From Eledone cirrhosa (lineage: Eukaryota), in the NCBI GenBank assembly GCA_964016885.1, contig OZ024748.1, positions 32,674,001-32,738,000 of the forward strand: DNA of 64,000 bases, written 5' to 3'. Shown here one piece after another: positions 61,357-64,000 of the stretch. Within the stretch, counting starts at the first letter, position 1; the number at the start of each line of letters is the position of its first letter. Below the pieces are notes generated by a model. The model searched no databases. It was not told the origin of the DNA and saw nothing but the letters and a program-made list of their open reading frames with translations. A program made the position numbers and the translations under genes.

Positions 61357-61383
61357 CCGGGCAACACCGGGCCATTCTGCTAG
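61357..61383 (+). mobile_element. Helitron-like 3' terminus
   Basis: Hairpin ccgggcaacaccgg lies ~10 nt before CTAG, which is followed by T. Confidence 0.55.
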
Positions 61384-61409
61384 TAATATATATATATATA
61401 TAATATATA

Positions 61410-61530
61410 TGGCTTAGTGGTTAGACCATTGTGCTTGTAATCGAAAGGTTGTGAGTTCAATTCTCGGACCGGGTGATGTGTTGTTTCCTTTAGCAAGACA
61501 CTTTATTTCACTTTGCTCCTTCTACCTGGA
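61410..61530 (+). mobile_element. Second tRNA-derived SINE family (head plus core)
   Basis: tggcttagtggttaga (A-box), gagttcaattctc (B-box), then ...cctttagcaagacactttatttcac. Confidence 0.7.
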
Positions 61531-61879
61531 GTTGTGACCAATAGATATTATTAGCAATTGGAAAGACCAATGGAAACATTGTTTCTTTGGTCCAATTTGA
61601 CGAAAGTCGATCGACTGACGATATATATATGTATATATATATATTATACATATATATAATATATATATATATAATATATATATATAATATATATATATGT
61701 GTCACTTGCTGGATCCGCTAGAAGGACCCAGATAATATGAGATGTTCTCCCGGCTGTATCATATACTGCAAATCTATGCAGATGTATACACATATATACA
61801 CAAACACATAAAGATACACAAGTAATTATACACACATAGAAGTGGTTGATAGCTTCTGTGACTTAATTAGCAGTGGAGG

Positions 61880-62350
61880 ATGACTGTATAACACCTGCCA
61901 ATAAAATATGATGCTGCATGGTAGTGAAACATGGGCTGTGACAGAAGAAAAAAGCGTAGACTGGAGAGAAATGCAACCATGCTTCATTGGATGTGCAATT
62001 TAAGTATGAGAGAAAGGCAGATCTTGGACATGTTGAGGGAGAAGCTGGGTTTAAGAGGGATCTTAAGGGGTGTGTAAGAGAGAAGACTGGATTCGTATGG
62101 ACATGTGATATGCATGGATAATGACAGCTGGGTGAAGAAGTGCTAGGACATCCCTGTAGAAGGAAGTCATAGTAGAGGTGGTCCAAGAAAGACCTGAACA
62201 GAGGCTGTTGTGAACTGACTTCAAATGACTGATTCTCACAGAGGAGATGACAAAGGAACACGACAAGTTCAAAGATGCCATGTTGAGAAGGACCCATCCA
62301 ACCCAAGGAAGCATGGAAAAACGAACATAAAAACAGTGATGATGTTGATG
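61880..62350 (+). pseudogene. RTE LINE 3' fragment with (GAT)n-like tail
   Basis: MLHGSETWA; agaggtggtccaagaaagacc (RGRPRKT-like); gatgatgttgatgaagatga tail. Confidence 0.7.
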
Positions 62351-62959
62351 AAGATGACGTACATATACACACATACATAATCAAATAAATCAAATACAGA
62401 TATGCACATACTTATATACAAACATATCCATGGACACAAATGTCTACACACATACATTCACATATATATAACGTATGTAAATTCTGAATGATACAGCACA
62501 AGTCTTGGTTACAACTTCTACAAATAAAATGAAAGGAGAAGAATTTCTTACTAAAACAGTTTTATTCAAAATATTAACAACATTGGTGGCACTATTTTAG
62601 GTGAGTGACGTGGTTTTCATCTTGTCTGATTGTGTTTGTGTTGCATCAAGTAACCTTTACAAGAGAATGATTTATCACAGACATCACAGTGATATAGTTC
62701 CTCTCCTGTATGTTAGTGTCTAGTGAAACCAAAATTAGAAAATGTTTTACATTGGCAGAGGTGGTGAGAGCAGACCTCTGAAGCTCATAGTGGAGATGAC
62801 GAAGGAGCGTGTCGAGTGGAGAGATGCTGTGCTGAATAGGACCCATCCCACCCTTGCAAGTAGGGAAAAGCGGACATAAATGATGATGATGATATGGTTT
62901 CCCTCATCTATATATATATATAGTTAAATTATATATATATATATTTAGTTAAATTGCTC

Positions 62960-64000
<1,041 letters not shown>

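Noticed and set aside
61410-61475. Possible tRNA gene
   Set aside because: It has A/B boxes but no acceptor stem, and it continues into SINE core sequence.

Overview
AT-rich, (TA)n-saturated eukaryotic DNA. The tandem C2H2 zinc-finger cluster, the SINE family and the Penelope-like elements (PLEs) suggest a coleoid cephalopod such as an octopus, but that is inference. Nearly all the YI/IY-rich ORFs in the track are microsatellite artefacts. The left half (about 1-33 kb) is a nest of PLE remnants (one RT fragment, several GIY-YIG fragments). It surrounds a ~15 kb tandem array (13.9-28.7 kb) of ~440-660 bp non-coding monomers. Each monomer carries a minimal type I hammerhead ribozyme (HHR) motif with a palindromic helix III, plus an octamer motif, so the array looks like a retrozyme or ribozyme-satellite. 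A 2.5 kb near-perfect palindrome interrupts the array, and the array flips orientation near 27.5 kb. At least six other HHR sequence families occur in the window. They include a canonical HHR in a terminally redundant 630 bp element (36.2-36.9 kb) and a two-HHR foldback inserted at the 3' end of the only long zinc-finger ORF. The right half is a head-to-tail duplicated C2H2-ZNF cassette (five plus-strand copies, four disrupted). It also holds CRE-clade and RTE LINE fragments, SINEs, a solo LTR, a 46 bp minisatellite, a Helitron-like 3' end and a second ZNF family on the minus strand at the window edge. All structures were read and folded by eye, and no searches were run.
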